A stretch of DNA of 64,000 nt from Candidatus Eiseniibacteriota bacterium (GCA_963702435.1 CAVPCR010000002.1:544001-608000); one strand, 5' to 3'; shown: positions 1-10,463, numbered from the stretch's first letter. Made by a program: numbers and translations. The notes: generated from the letters alone by a model not told the origin.

Positions 1-2122
1 CATCCCGCTCCTCCTCGTCTTCTCCCTGACCGCCGGGCTCATGTCGCACGGCGCGGAACGGACGAGCCGGCGGCGGGCCAACACGCTCCTCGCCTTCGAC
101 CGGCGGCTGCGCATCACCATGTCGCCCGGGGAGGTGGCGGGAGCGGTGAGCGATGCGCTCGCCGCGACCACGCTCTACCGCCGGGTGGCGCTCTATCTCC
201 TCGATCCCGACCAGGTCACGCTCCGCCGCGCCGGCGACGCAAGCTTCCCGCCGCTCCTCGATGAGCGCGAGCTGCCGGCGAGCCTCAGGAGCCGCTTCCG
301 TCGGGGCCGGCCCGCCTATGCCGAGCACCTCCTCGGCGAGCGCCGGTTCACGCGCCAGCTCGGCATCAAGGCCACGACCGCCTTCCTCGTGCCGGCCAGC
401 TTCTCGGACCGGCCGCTCGGGCTCCTCATCGTCGAGTACCGTCGGCCGCAGATCGACTCGGAACCCGAGGCCGAGTTCCTGAGCCATCTCGCGGAGCGCG
501 CCGCCCTCGCCATCATAAATGCGCGCATGATCCAGACCGCGCAGGAATCGGCGATCGGCCTCCACTCGCTGCTCAAGATGAGCGAGGCGGTGAGCTCGTC
601 GCTGCGCATTCGCGATATCCTCGGGCTCCTCGACGAGTTCTGCCTGCGGCTGGTCGGCGTCCGCGCCTGCCGGCTGTGGGTGGCGCGCTCGACGCTCGGC
701 GCGAGCTTCCCGGCCGCCGCCGGCACCGCGATCGGCGACCTGATCCCGCTCGGCCCCGAGCCGAGCGCAGTCGAGCGGGAGGCGGCGCGCCGCGTGCTCG
801 AGAGCGGCAGCGAGCTCTTCCTCAACACGCCGGACGCGATGGCGGCGTTCGCCGAGGACGCGGGAGTCTCGAACCTGATGGCGATCCCGCTCCGCACCAA
901 GGACGAGGTGCTCGGCGTGCTCGAGGCGATCGACAAGCCCGAGCCATTCAATCAGCGCGATCATTCGCTGCTCGCCGGTCTCGCCAGCCAGGCGACCATC
1001 GCGCTCGTCAACGCCCGGCTCTACGAGGGACTCGAAGAGCGCGCCGAACGCATCGCGCGCCTCGTGCAGACGCTCGGCGCCGAGAAGCACAAGCTCGAGC
1101 ATATGCTGGCCAACATGGAGGAGGGCGTGGTGCTCCTCGATCGCGAGGGCCGGGTGGGCCTCGTCAATCACGCGGGGCGGCGTCTCCTCGCACCCCGCGG
1201 CCGGGTCGAGCTCCCGGGCGCGGCGGCCGCCTTCGGCGATCCGCTGGGGCTCCTCCCCCGCCTCGCCGCCGTGCTCGCCAACGCCGCACCGGTGCGCGAG
1301 ACCGTGCCGCACGGCGAGCGCTACTACGAGCTCTCCGCCGCGCGCCTCAAGGGAGGGGACGGCGCCATCGCCGTGCTCCGCGACATCACCGAGATCGTGC
1401 GTATGGATGCCATGCGCTCCGACTTCATCTCGCACGTGTCGCACGAGCTCCGCACCCCACTCGCCGCCATCGTCGGCTCGGTCAAGCTGATCCTGGACGG
1501 TCGCGCCGGGTCGCTCACGGAGACCCAGGAACGGCTCTTGAACGTGGTCGAGCGCGAGAGCGATCGCCTGATCCGACTCGTCAACGACATCCTCGACCTG
1601 GCCAAGCTCGAGGCCGGACGCACCAATCTCGACAGCCAGGAGGTGGATCTCAACTCGGTGATCGCCGAGGCGATCGAGGCGATCGCGCCGCTCGCCGAGG
1701 CGAAGGCGATCCGCCTCGAGAGCGCCACCGAACGTCTGCAGGGTCTCCTCGAGTGCGATCCCTCGCTCGTGCGCCAGGTGCTGCAGAACCTGATCGGGAA
1801 CGCGATCAAGTTCACGGCCGACGGCGGGCGCGTCCGCATCGAGGCGGAGACCGGCGCCGATGGCGTCCTCGTCCGCGTCATCGACACCGGCATCGGCATC
1901 CCGCGCGACAAGTGGGAGGCCGTGTTCAACAAGTTCGAGCAGGTGGGGCAGCACCGGGGTCCGATCAAGGGCACCGGCCTCGGGCTCGCCATCTGCCGCC
2001 AGATCATCGAGCGCCACGGCGGTCGCATCGGCGTCGAGAGCGAGGAAGGCATGGGGGCGACCTTCTACTTCACGCTCCCGCTCCGCCAGCCGGACGCGGC
2101 GACCGAGGCGGCCGCCGCCTGA
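1..2122 (+). CDS. Sensor histidine kinase (TM-GAF-GAF-PAS-HisKA-HATPase), 5' end truncated by the window edge
   Basis: The frame is open from base 2 (IPLLLVFSLTAGLM, a TM-like segment). H-box VSHELRTPL, N-box NLIGNAIKF, G1 DTGIGI, G2 GTGLGLAI. Two GAF-like segments (e.g. LMAIPLRTKDEVLGVLEAIDK). Confidence 0.9.
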   Translation, partial: IPLLLVFSLTAGLMSHGAERTSRRRANTLLAFDRRLRITMSPGEVAGAVSDALAATTLYRRVALYLLDPDQVTLRRAGDASFPPLLDERELPASLRSRFRRGRPAYAEHLLGERRFTRQLGIKATTAFLVPASFSDRPLGLLIVEYRRPQIDSEPEAEFLSHLAERAALAIINARMIQTAQESAIGLHSLLKMSEAVSSSLRIRDILGLLDEFCLRLVGVRACRLWVARSTLGASFPAAAGTAIGDLIPLGPEPSAVEREAARRVLESGSELFLNTPDAMAAFAEDAGVSNLMAIPLRTKDEVLGVLEAIDKPEPFNQRDHSLLAGLASQATIALVNARLYEGLEERAERIARLVQTLGAEKHKLEHMLANMEEGVVLLDREGRVGLVNHAGRRLLAPRGRVELPGAAAAFGDPLGLLPRLAAVLANAAPVRETVPHGERYYELSAARLKGGDGAIAVLRDITEIVRMDAMRSDFISHVSHELRTPLAAIVGSVKLILDGRAGSLTETQERLLNVVERESDRLIRLVNDILDLAKLEAGRTNLDSQEVDLNSVIAEAIEAIAPLAEAKAIRLESATERLQGLLECDPSLVRQVLQNLIGNAIKFTADGGRVRIEAETGADGVLVRVIDTGIGIPRDKWEAVFNKFEQVGQHRGPIKGTGLGLAICRQIIERHGGRIGVESEEGMGATFYFTLPLRQPDAATEAAAA

Positions 2123-2165
2123 GAGGACCAGGGCCACCGCGCCGCCCGGAGCGCGGGGAGGAATC

Positions 2166-3080
2166 ATGGGGAAGTTGCACGTGCTCGTCGCCGACGACGA
2201 TCCGAGCCTCCAGTTCGTGATCGCCGAGACCTTTCGCGGCGCCGGCTATGAGGTGACGACGGCTGCGGACGGCGACGAGACGCTCCAATTGCTCGCCACC
2301 GAGCGGCCCGATGCCTGCGTGCTCGATGTCGGCATGCCCGGCCGGAACGGATTCGAGCTGTGCCGGGACCTCCGGGCCCGCGAGGAGTGGCGGAACCTCC
2401 CGGTCGTGCTCCTCACGGCGCGAGGCGCCGACACCGATCGCCACTGGGGCCTCGATGCGGGCGCCGATGAGTACCTGACCAAGCCGTTCGAGCCGCGGGC
2501 GCTGCTCACCGCGGTGGCCGAGCTCATCGAGTCGCGTCTCTCGGGGGAAGAGCGCAATCCGATCACCAAGCTGCCGGCGCTCGCGAGCGTGGTGCGCCGG
2601 GCGCGCGCCTTCGGGCGCGAGGGATGTCCGACCGCGACCGCCCTCGTCGAGATCCGCACGGACGCAGCGCGCGTGCACCGGCAGAAGTACGGAGATCTGA
2701 AGAGCGCCGAGGCGCTGCGCCTGGCCGCGACCTGTCTCCGGCAGGCGCTGGCCGCCGCCGCCCTCGAGGAGGGCAACCCGATTCCGCTCCCTCTCGCGCT
2801 CGGTCACGCCGGCGACGTGAGCTACTCCCGGTTCGTCCTCGCCGGTCCGCCGGGCGCGCTCGAGTGGGCGCTCGACCGGGCCGCCACGCTGTTCGCACAG
2901 CAGGCGCCCGGGCTCTACGACCAGGTGGACAGGGAGCGCGGCCATGTCCTCGCCCGCGACCGGGACGGTGCGAGGCTCCGGATCCCGCTCCTCTCCCTCG
3001 TGGCCGAGATCGTCCCGCTCTCCTCGCTCGAGAGCGAGCTCCGGGGCGCCGGCGAGGAGATCGAACGCCGCGCCGCCTAG
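2166..3080 (+). CDS. Response regulator, REC plus degenerate GGDEF-like output domain
   Basis: RBS GGGGAGGA before ATG 2166. REC motifs VADDD, LDVGMPG, LLTA, YLTKPF. Linker RNPITKLP resembles the NPLTGLP motif preceding GGDEF domains, but the signature position reads [11 protein letters not shown]. Confidence 0.8.
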   Translation: MGKLHVLVADDDPSLQFVIAETFRGAGYEVTTAADGDETLQLLATERPDACVLDVGMPGRNGFELCRDLRAREEWRNLPVVLLTARGADTDRHWGLDAGADEYLTKPFEPRALLTAVAELIESRLSGEERNPITKLPALASVVRRARAFGREGCPTATALVEIRTDAARVHRQKYGDLKSAEALRLAATCLRQALAAAALEEGNPIPLPLALGHAGDVSYSRFVLAGPPGALEWALDRAATLFAQQAPGLYDQVDRERGHVLARDRDGARLRIPLLSLVAEIVPLSSLESELRGAGEEIERRAA

Positions 3081-3207
3081 CCCGCACCGTCCCGCCACGA
3101 GCCTCGCCTCCGGTCCCGCCGCGCGTCCGGCCGCGCGATCCGGGAGCGGTTGCCGGCCTCCCCTCCCGTCGCGTAGACTCATCCGCCCACAAGGGGGGGG
3201 ATATCGA

Positions 3208-4509
3208 ATGGACTCCAAGACGATCACCGTGCCCAGGGCTGGCGAGAAGATCACGATCGCCGGTGGCAATCTCCAGGTCCCGGATCAGCCCGTGATCCCG
3301 TTCATCGAAGGCGACGGCACCGGACCCGACATCTGGCGGGCGAGCGTCCGCGTCCTCGACGCCGCCGTCCAGCGCGCCTACGGCGGCCGCCGGAAGATCC
3401 ACTGGATGGAGGTCTACGCGGGCGAGAAGTCCTTCACCAAGTTCTCGACCTGGCTGCCGGATGAGACGGTGGACACCTTCCGCGAGTTCCTGGTCGGCAT
3501 CAAGGGCCCGCTCACGACCCCGATCGGCGGCGGCATCCGCTCCCTGAACGTCGCTCTCCGCCAGCTCCTCGACCTCTATGTGTGCCTGCGCCCCGTGCGC
3601 TGGTTCAAGGGCATCCCATCCCCGGTGCTCCACCCCGAGAAGGTGGACATGGTCATCTTCCGCGAGAACACCGAGGACATCTACGCCGGCATCGAGTTCG
3701 AGAGCGGATCGGAGGACGCGAAGAAGGTCATGGCCTTCCTCGCCGAGCAGTTCCCGCAGATGCACAAGAAGATCCGCTTCCCGGAGACGACGGCGATCGG
3801 GTTGAAGCCCGTGTCACGGGACGGGACCGAACGGCTGGTGCGCGCGGCCATCCGCTACGCGATCCAGAACAAGCGGAAGAGCGTGACCTTCGTGCACAAG
3901 GGCAACATCATGAAGTTCACCGAGGGCGGCTTCCGCAACTGGGGCTACGCCCTCGCCGAGCGCGAGTTCGCGGCCGCCACCTGGACCTGGGACGCGAACG
4001 ATCGGATGAAGAAGGAGAAGGGCGAGGCGGCGGCCGCCGCCGACGCCGCGGCGGCCAAGGCGGCAGGGAAGATCACGATCAAGGACGCGATCGCCGACAT
4101 CACGCTGCAGCAGGTGCTCACGAGGCCCGACGAGTTCGACGTGATCGCCACCCTCAACCTGAACGGCGACTACCTCTCGGACGCCCTCGCCGCGCAGGTC
4201 GGCGGGATCGGCATCGCCCCCGGCGGCAACATCAACTACGACACCGGGCACGCGGTGTTCGAGGCCACCCACGGCACGGCGCCCAAGTACGCGAACCTCG
4301 ACAAGGTGAACCCCGGTTCGGTGATCCTCTCCGGAGAGATGATGCTCCGCTACCTCGGCTGGACCGAGGCCGCCGATCTCATCATCAAGGGGATGGACGG
4401 CGCGATCGCGAAGCGTGCGGTGACCTACGATTTCGCCCGCCTCATGGACGGGGCGAAGGAGATCTCGACGAGCGCCTTCGGCGATCAGATCATCGCGAGC
4501 ATGGGCTAG
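3208..4509 (+). CDS. icd: NADP-dependent isocitrate dehydrogenase (E. coli-type dimeric)
   Basis: [86 protein letters not shown]. Confidence 0.97.
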   Translation: MDSKTITVPRAGEKITIAGGNLQVPDQPVIPFIEGDGTGPDIWRASVRVLDAAVQRAYGGRRKIHWMEVYAGEKSFTKFSTWLPDETVDTFREFLVGIKGPLTTPIGGGIRSLNVALRQLLDLYVCLRPVRWFKGIPSPVLHPEKVDMVIFRENTEDIYAGIEFESGSEDAKKVMAFLAEQFPQMHKKIRFPETTAIGLKPVSRDGTERLVRAAIRYAIQNKRKSVTFVHKGNIMKFTEGGFRNWGYALAEREFAAATWTWDANDRMKKEKGEAAAAADAAAAKAAGKITIKDAIADITLQQVLTRPDEFDVIATLNLNGDYLSDALAAQVGGIGIAPGGNINYDTGHAVFEATHGTAPKYANLDKVNPGSVILSGEMMLRYLGWTEAADLIIKGMDGAIAKRAVTYDFARLMDGAKEISTSAFGDQIIASMG

Positions 4510-4556
4510 CGCGGGCAGAGTGGACGGCGGAGAGCGCGGGCGGAGCGGAGATTGCG

Positions 4557-4907
4557 TCAGAGCCAGTAGAGGATCCGCCCGCAGTTCTCGCAGACCTCGA
4601 CCCGGTCCTTCCGCTCGGTCGGGGCGCCGATGTTGCGCGTCGGCAGATTCATGAAGCAGCCGAGGCAGATCTGCCCCTCGACCGGCACCACCGCCCGCCC
4701 GTAGCGGGTGCGCATGCGCTCGTAGAGGGTGAGCGTGCGCTTGTCGAGCTGATCCGCGAGCTTCTTCCGCGAGGTCACGAGCGCATCCATGTTCGTGACC
4801 TTGAAGCCCAGCTTCTTCATCGCCGACTGCTTCTCGGGATCGCGCGCCTCCTGGATCATCTCGTCCACGTCCTGGAGCGCGATCAGCAGCATGAGCGGAC
4901 CGTTCAT
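4557..4907 (-). CDS. Short C4-type zinc-ribbon protein (DUF164-like)
   Basis: YERMRTRYGRAVVPV...CLGC...CENCGRILY pattern. Start overlaps the EIIA stop (ATGA). Confidence 0.8.
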   Translation of the reverse strand: MNGPLMLLIALQDVDEMIQEARDPEKQSAMKKLGFKVTNMDALVTSRKKLADQLDKRTLTLYERMRTRYGRAVVPVEGQICLGCFMNLPTRNIGAPTERKDRVEVCENCGRILYWL

Positions 4908-5371
4908 GCCGCCGCCCCCTCGACGATGCGCTTGAACTCCGCGAAGGTCCGGACCGCGAGCAGCTGCTGCCGAGTCGCCTCGCTGGCCACGAGCTCGACC
5001 ACCTTGCCGAGCGCGGGCAGGTAGCGGTTGTCCTTGTCCTGGTAGGGAGCGAGGATCAGAAAGACGAGCCGCACCGGCTCGCCGTCCTCGGCGCCGAAGT
5101 CGATGCCGGCGCTCGACCGCGCGAAGAGGATGGTCAGCTCGGGTACGACGAGCGAGCGGCCGTGGGGAACCGCGGCGCCGCGCCCGATCGCCGTCGGCCA
5201 GATGCGCTCGCGCTCACGGATGGTGTTGAGGATGACCCCGTGCGCCTTGACCCGTCCGCTCGCCACCAGATGGTCGACCATCTCGACGAGGGCCGCGTCC
5301 TTGTCACGCGCCTTGAGCTCGGGGAGGAACAGCTTCTCGTGGCAGTACGGAGCCAGTCCGGAAACCGCCAT
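4904..5371 (-). CDS. PTS EIIA(Ntr/Fru-type) protein
   Basis: ERERIWPTAIGRGAAVPHGR (phospho-His motif) and GIDFGAEDGEPVRLVFLI. GAGGAG lies upstream of the start region. Confidence 0.88.
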   Translation of the reverse strand: MAVSGLAPYCHEKLFLPELKARDKDAALVEMVDHLVASGRVKAHGVILNTIRERERIWPTAIGRGAAVPHGRSLVVPELTILFARSSAGIDFGAEDGEPVRLVFLILAPYQDKDNRYLPALGKVVELVASEATRQQLLAVRTFAEFKRIVEGAAA

Positions 5372-5428
5372 GGGTCTGATCATCTCCTCATCGCGCAACG
5401 CACGACCATCCGATACATGGAGCCTCGC

Positions 5429-5457
5429 AGTATAGGCAATGCCTCCGGCGCGGTCAA
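5429..5457 (-). promoter_or_regulatory. Sigma70-type promoter for the EIIA/zinc-ribbon operon
   Basis: Minus strand TTGACC-N17-TATACT. Confidence 0.7.
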
Positions 5458-5537
5458 TGCCCCGCGCCGGCCGCGGAACGCCGCACCCTCACCCGCTCCA
5501 CGCGGGCCGCTCCTCCCCCCCGCCGCCGCATGCCGCC

Positions 5538-5561
5538 TGCACGACGACCGTGCACCATGCA
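5538..5561. promoter_or_regulatory. Candidate enhancer (bEBP) site
   Basis: Perfect palindrome TGCACG-ACGAC-CGTGCA (5538-5554) overlapping TGCACCATGCA (5551-5561), about 100 bp upstream of a -24/-12 element. Confidence 0.55.
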
Positions 5562-5653
5562 TGTCCGCACTCGGACCGGGCCCCCACGGGTCCGCCGCCG
5601 CCCCGCCCGCCGCCGGAACCGCAACGGCTTAGCACGGCGCCGGGACCGCCTCC

Positions 5654-5668
5654 TGGCATGCCGCTTGC
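5654..5668 (+). promoter_or_regulatory. Sigma54 -24/-12 promoter
   Basis: TGGCAT-GCCGC-TTGC matches TGGCAC-N5-TTGC. Confidence 0.65.
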
Positions 5669-5779
5669 CCATCCTGACCGGGGCGATTGGCGCCGGGCAG
5701 ATCCGGGGTTCGCCGGCCGACGGGCCGCGCCATGGCCCGCCGCACACCCTGCATCGCATCCCGGTCCGCGGAGGTGCCC

Positions 5780-7174
5780 GTGGTCGAGAAGTGGAGGATC
5801 CCCGGCCGGAGTCACGCGCTCGTCGCCATCGGCGTGGCGCTCGTCGCGAGCGCCGGCGCGGAGCCGGCGGGCGCCGCCTTCGAGACGGCACGCCGTTCGG
5901 CCATGAGCGACGTCATCACCGTCCGCGAGGGCGGCGGCGGCGGCACGAACGTGGCCTTCCGCGCCATTCCCGTCCCGGCCGATCGCCCGCGCCTCGTTCC
6001 GCTCCCCCTCGGTCTCGCCCAGCTCGCCGCACAGCCGCCGGTGTTCGACATCGAGAGCCCCGACTTCTCGGCGCTCGCGCTGGCCGATCGCCTGATCCTG
6101 AACCCGCCGGACGACCTCCGGCTCACCTCGCCGCCGACCGGCGAAGACGCGGCGATCGAGGTGCACCTGGCCGAGGACGAGATCGTTCTCGACTTCGGAT
6201 CGGCACGCGATCTGGTCCCGAGGGAAGCGGTCGAGAACGGAGGCCGCTTCGCCGCCGACCTCGTCACGACGCGGGTGGGCGGCGTCGACTTCGGCGTCAC
6301 CCCGCTCGTCATCGAGACCTCGACCGTGGCGCTCTCGACGGACCTGACCGCAGCGCTCCGCGATCGAGTCCCGCTCGCGACCACGGGTGTCTACACGCTC
6401 GACACGGAGATCGAGGCCCTGGCGGCCCTCGCCCTCGGCGTCACCTATGCCCGGCAGATCGCCGGGCCGGTCATCGTCGCCGAGCCGGGCCTCCCCTTTC
6501 CCGACCCGCCCGGCTTCCGCGTCTACGCCGGCGGCGGTGCCAAGCTCCTCCTCGGCGGCGCCTATTTCGCCTCGACCCTGCGCGCCGCGGTGCTCCCCCG
6601 GTCACCGCTCCTCGATCCCGACGATCCGACCGATGTGGACGTGAGGGGGGAGCTCCTGACCTCGATGCCGCAGAGCCTCGGGACCGCCGGCCAGGGCGTG
6701 TCCTTCGACCTCGGCCTGGCCGCGGTCCACGGCGAAGACTGGGAGATGGGGCTCGGGGCCACCGATGTCGCGGGGTGGATCCGCTGGCGGGCGAACCGGG
6801 ACGAGATCCGCGCCGATGCGGACGGCGATCTCGCCGCGGTGCGCGTGGCGAACGAGGTGAGTCACACGAGCCACCTCACTCCGCAGATCGCCGCCAACGT
6901 CGCCCGGCACTTCGATCGGCGCCGGCTCACCCTGGCCGCCGATGTGCGCCGCGGCGTCGACGGCACGAGCTGGCATCTCGGCGCCGAACGCACGCTCGGG
7001 CGCTACGCCGTGCGCGGCGGCGCGCTCGTCGACGCGGGCGGGCGCCTCCAGGCAAGCGCCGGGGGCGGCGTGCGCATCGGGCGCGTCGGCATCGACTCGG
7101 CGCTCTACACGCGGAGCGCCAACCTGGTGGGCGACCGGGCACTCATGCTCGGCTTCTCGCTCGCCATCTACTGA
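5780..7174 (+). CDS. Exported protein, probable outer-membrane beta-barrel of unknown function
   Basis: GGAGG then GTG 5780. Signal-like HALVAIGVALVASAGAEPAGA. Alternating beta-strand patterns (GVSFDLGLA, WHLGAE, YAVRGG) and a C-terminal aromatic residue (GFSLAIY). Confidence 0.6.
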   Translation: MVEKWRIPGRSHALVAIGVALVASAGAEPAGAAFETARRSAMSDVITVREGGGGGTNVAFRAIPVPADRPRLVPLPLGLAQLAAQPPVFDIESPDFSALALADRLILNPPDDLRLTSPPTGEDAAIEVHLAEDEIVLDFGSARDLVPREAVENGGRFAADLVTTRVGGVDFGVTPLVIETSTVALSTDLTAALRDRVPLATTGVYTLDTEIEALAALALGVTYARQIAGPVIVAEPGLPFPDPPGFRVYAGGGAKLLLGGAYFASTLRAAVLPRSPLLDPDDPTDVDVRGELLTSMPQSLGTAGQGVSFDLGLAAVHGEDWEMGLGATDVAGWIRWRANRDEIRADADGDLAAVRVANEVSHTSHLTPQIAANVARHFDRRRLTLAADVRRGVDGTSWHLGAERTLGRYAVRGGALVDAGGRLQASAGGGVRIGRVGIDSALYTRSANLVGDRALMLGFSLAIY

Positions 7175-7196
7175 TGACCAGGGGACCGGAACACCC

Positions 7197-7853
7197 ATGA
7201 GAACCGACCAGGCCCCTGAGGACCGACCGATGACCCGAGCACTCGACCTCCGAACGACCGCTCTCGCCGCCGGCGCGCTTGGCCTCGGCGCCCTCCTCCT
7301 CGGCGCGGCCGGGCTCCTCCTCGGCGGCTGCGGTGGCAACGAAGTGGCCGTAACCGTCGACCTGCTTTCCTTCGTCCCGGCGGCGAGCCGCAGCGACGAC
7401 TACATGATCCCGCCGGGGGTGTTCACTCCGCCCGTGGCCCTCGAACCCCAGCTCGTCACGCTCGGCGAGTCACTGGCCGAGCGCGTGGACATGGAGCGGG
7501 TGGCGGTCAACTTCGTGGTCGATTTCGAGGGGGAGGCGGCGAGCGGGGCCGGGTCGGCGGAGGTCGCGCTCTACCTGGCCGCCCTCGACTCGACGAGCCT
7601 CAGCAACGCCATCTACCAGAGCCCGCCGATCTACACGGGGCGGCTCGATGTGGCGGCCGGCACCAGGCGCGTCCTCACCGGGGCGCTCGAGGCCACCGCC
7701 GAGAACGGGCTCCTCCCCATGTTCCAGGGCGGCGACTTCGTGCTCGGCATCACCATCTCCTTCGACGCGTCGGCGGCCACGGCGCCGCTCAGCGGGCAGT
7801 GGACCATCCAGCAGATCGACGCGCTCATCCTCGGGCGGACCGATCCGCTCTAG
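7197..7853 (+). CDS. Lipoprotein of unknown function
   Basis: Hydrophobic signal ending in lipobox LLLGG-C, followed by a beta-rich mature region. Start at 7197 or 7230. Confidence 0.65.
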   Translation: MRTDQAPEDRPMTRALDLRTTALAAGALGLGALLLGAAGLLLGGCGGNEVAVTVDLLSFVPAASRSDDYMIPPGVFTPPVALEPQLVTLGESLAERVDMERVAVNFVVDFEGEAASGAGSAEVALYLAALDSTSLSNAIYQSPPIYTGRLDVAAGTRRVLTGALEATAENGLLPMFQGGDFVLGITISFDASAATAPLSGQWTIQQIDALILGRTDPL

Positions 7854-7874
7854 CCGGCGCCGCCGCGGCGGGGG

Positions 7875-10463
7875 CTAGCGATTGCGGCTGCCCCCGGCCG
7901 AGTCGGTAGCCGCGGTCCTCTTCTTCCCGAAGAGCCGATCGAGGCCGCGAGCCGCCTCCTCGACCACCCGGTCGAGCTGCTTCGCGCTCTCGGCGTCGAG
8001 CTTCTCACGCACCTGCCGCCCGACCTCGGCGGCCAGACGCTCCTCGATCTGTCGCGTGTCCACGCGCACCCGGGGCTCGCGGATGGTGCCCCCGATCGCG
8101 AAGTCGACGGGAACCCGCCCGCTCTCGTCGGTCAGGGCCGCGACCCAGTCCTCCCGGCGCCGGATCTCCGGCGGCAGATAGCGTACCGGGAGGAGGGCCG
8201 AGACCGCGTAGTCGAGCGTCCCGTCGAACCCCACCGATCCCGCGAGCTCGAACTCGCCCGCCCGCGCGCCGGCGATCCTCGCGTCGCTCAGATGCACGCG
8301 GCCCTGCTCGACGCGAAAAACGGCGGCCAGTCGCTGAAATTCAATGTAATCGCCGCCGGCGGCGAGGAGCCCCATCCGGCCGGCGACGAGCCCGAGCGGG
8401 CCGCGCAGGGCGAGCCGGCCGTCGGTCACGGTCACGTCGCCGAGCGCCGTCAGGAGCGCAACCGGCGGCGTGGCGCCGGCCCTGATCCCGCCCAGGTCGA
8501 CCCGCGCATCGAGGCGGCCGGAGACGAGGTCCGCGAGCGGTGTGGTCGCCGCGAGGAGGGCCGCCGCCTCGGCGCCGCGCACGACGAGGTGCGAGCGGTA
8601 GCGGAGCGAGTCCGGAGCGCCGAGATCGATCGCCAGGTCACCCTCGAGCCGGCCGCCGAGGAGCGTCGCCCGCACCTGATCGGCACGGAAGCCGCTGCGG
8701 TCGAGGTCGAGGAGGAGCGTCGCGTCGCGGGCGCTGAGTCCCCGCACGATGAGCTCGCGCGCGCCGAGCGTCCCGCGGAGCGGCAGGAGGGGCGGAGCTT
8801 CCCGCCCGCCCGCCGGGGCCGGCGCCGGCGCCGGCCCCGCCGCCCCGGGCGCGCCGGCCGGCCGGGCGAGGAGCTCGTCCAGGTCGAGGCGATCGGCGCG
8901 CAGCGCGACGTCGAGACGCGGCGGATCGAGGCTCGCCAGGGTGATGCGGCCGGCGAGATCGGAACGGCCGAGCACCACCCGGAATGGCTCGCACGTCGCC
9001 TGCCGCCCCGCGCAACGGGCCGTGAAGGCGAGATCCGTGACCGGCACCGGGAGACCGGGCAGGCGGCCCGCGATCGAGTCCCCGGTCACCGTTCCGGACA
9101 GCGCGAGCCCCCGCGCGAAATTCGGCGCCCTGGTCTCGAAATCCACGTCGACCGCGATGACGCCGCGCTCGAGCGTCGTGCCCGGCACGAGCGGGAGGAG
9201 CGCGGCCAGATCGGCGAGCCGGACCCGGCCGCGGAGCCGGCCCGCAACCGCCGGGCGCGCATAGTCGGTGACCGCTGCGCTCGCCGCGAACGGCGCTCCG
9301 CTCACGGCGCCATGGAGGTCGCTGATGGCGAGCCCGGTCCGGGTGAAGACGACGTCCCCGGAGAGCGCGGTCACGAGCGGAGCGGGCTTCCCCGGCGGCG
9401 TCACGTCCACGCCGGCGAGCGTGAGCACGCCCTGGATCGCGGGCGCCGCGAGCGGGCCGCGCACGGTGGCCGTCAGCCGGGCCTGACCAGCGACCTCAAA
9501 CCCCGCCGGGAGCGAGCGACCGAGAAGCGAGAGCACCCTGGCCGGAGCGAAGTCGCCGGAGGTGATCGCGAGATCCACCGTCGCCGTCGTGCTGCTACCG
9601 GCCGCTGCCGGCGGCGTCTCGATGCGGCCGTCGGCACGAAGCTCGATCGCGGCGAGGGAGAACGCGCCCCCGCGCACGAAGGTCATCCCGCCGGCGGGCG
9701 CATGGACGAGATCCACGCGGAGCCGAGCGGGGAGCGGGCCATACGCGGCGCCGCCCGCGCCGGTCATGTCGGCGCGGAGGCCGCCCGCCGCCAGGTCAAT
9801 GCGGAGGCGAAGCGTGTCCGCCTCGATGCGCGCGGCGAGATCACCGCCGAGGTCGGTCACCGTGATCGTGGTGCGCTCGCGCTCGTCCACGTAACGGAGC
9901 GTGCCGCCGGTGATCCGCGCGGCGGGCACCGCGAGGAGGAAGGCGCCGCTCCGCCCGCCGGCGTGGCGCGGAGTGGCGGCTCCGGGTGGCGCCCCGATCG
10001 TCGCATTCAGCACGCCCCGCGCGTCCTTCACGAGGACGAGATCCGGGCGCACCAGCACGAGGCGGGTGACGCGGACCTGGCGCCGGAGGAGCGGCAGGAT
10101 CTCGACCCCCACGTCGAGATGGGCGAGGCGGAGGAGCGGCTCCTCGCCGGCGCGCTGCGGATTCGTGAGGCGGACGCCGTCGAGCTTCACGGCGAGCCCG
10201 GGCCGGGCGAGACCGAGGTGCACCCGCTCGATCTCGAGGTCGTAGCCGCTCGCCTCCTTGGTGTGGGCGACGGCGGCCGCCTCGAGGCGTGCCGGGGAAA
10301 AGGCGATCCTGAGCGCGAGCAGCGCGCAGGCGGCGAGCGCGACGAGAATGACCAGCACGATGAGAACACGGCGCGGAATCGGCAAGAGCGATCTTCCCCC
10401 CACCGTCCGGTCCGGGAGACGGCGGCTGCGCCGCCGTCCTGGCGCGCGCGTGGAGCATAGCAA
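7875..10463 (-). CDS. AsmA-family protein (start uncertain, probably slightly downstream of the ORF start)
   Basis: N-terminal TM anchor (VLIVLVILVALAACALLAL), LPLLRRQVRVTRLVLVRPDLVLVKD, C-terminal GSVGFDGTLDY...IGGTIREPRV. Confidence 0.75.
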   Translation of the reverse strand: MLCSTRAPGRRRSRRLPDRTVGGRSLLPIPRRVLIVLVILVALAACALLALRIAFSPARLEAAAVAHTKEASGYDLEIERVHLGLARPGLAVKLDGVRLTNPQRAGEEPLLRLAHLDVGVEILPLLRRQVRVTRLVLVRPDLVLVKDARGVLNATIGAPPGAATPRHAGGRSGAFLLAVPAARITGGTLRYVDERERTTITVTDLGGDLAARIEADTLRLRIDLAAGGLRADMTGAGGAAYGPLPARLRVDLVHAPAGGMTFVRGGAFSLAAIELRADGRIETPPAAAGSSTTATVDLAITSGDFAPARVLSLLGRSLPAGFEVAGQARLTATVRGPLAAPAIQGVLTLAGVDVTPPGKPAPLVTALSGDVVFTRTGLAISDLHGAVSGAPFAASAAVTDYARPAVAGRLRGRVRLADLAALLPLVPGTTLERGVIAVDVDFETRAPNFARGLALSGTVTGDSIAGRLPGLPVPVTDLAFTARCAGRQATCEPFRVVLGRSDLAGRITLASLDPPRLDVALRADRLDLDELLARPAGAPGAAGPAPAPAPAGGREAPPLLPLRGTLGARELIVRGLSARDATLLLDLDRSGFRADQVRATLLGGRLEGDLAIDLGAPDSLRYRSHLVVRGAEAAALLAATTPLADLVSGRLDARVDLGGIRAGATPPVALLTALGDVTVTDGRLALRGPLGLVAGRMGLLAAGGDYIEFQRLAAVFRVEQGRVHLSDARIAGARAGEFELAGSVGFDGTLDYAVSALLPVRYLPPEIRRREDWVAALTDESGRVPVDFAIGGTIREPRVRVDTRQIEERLAAEVGRQVREKLDAESAKQLDRVVEEAARGLDRLFGKKRTAATDSAGGSRNR

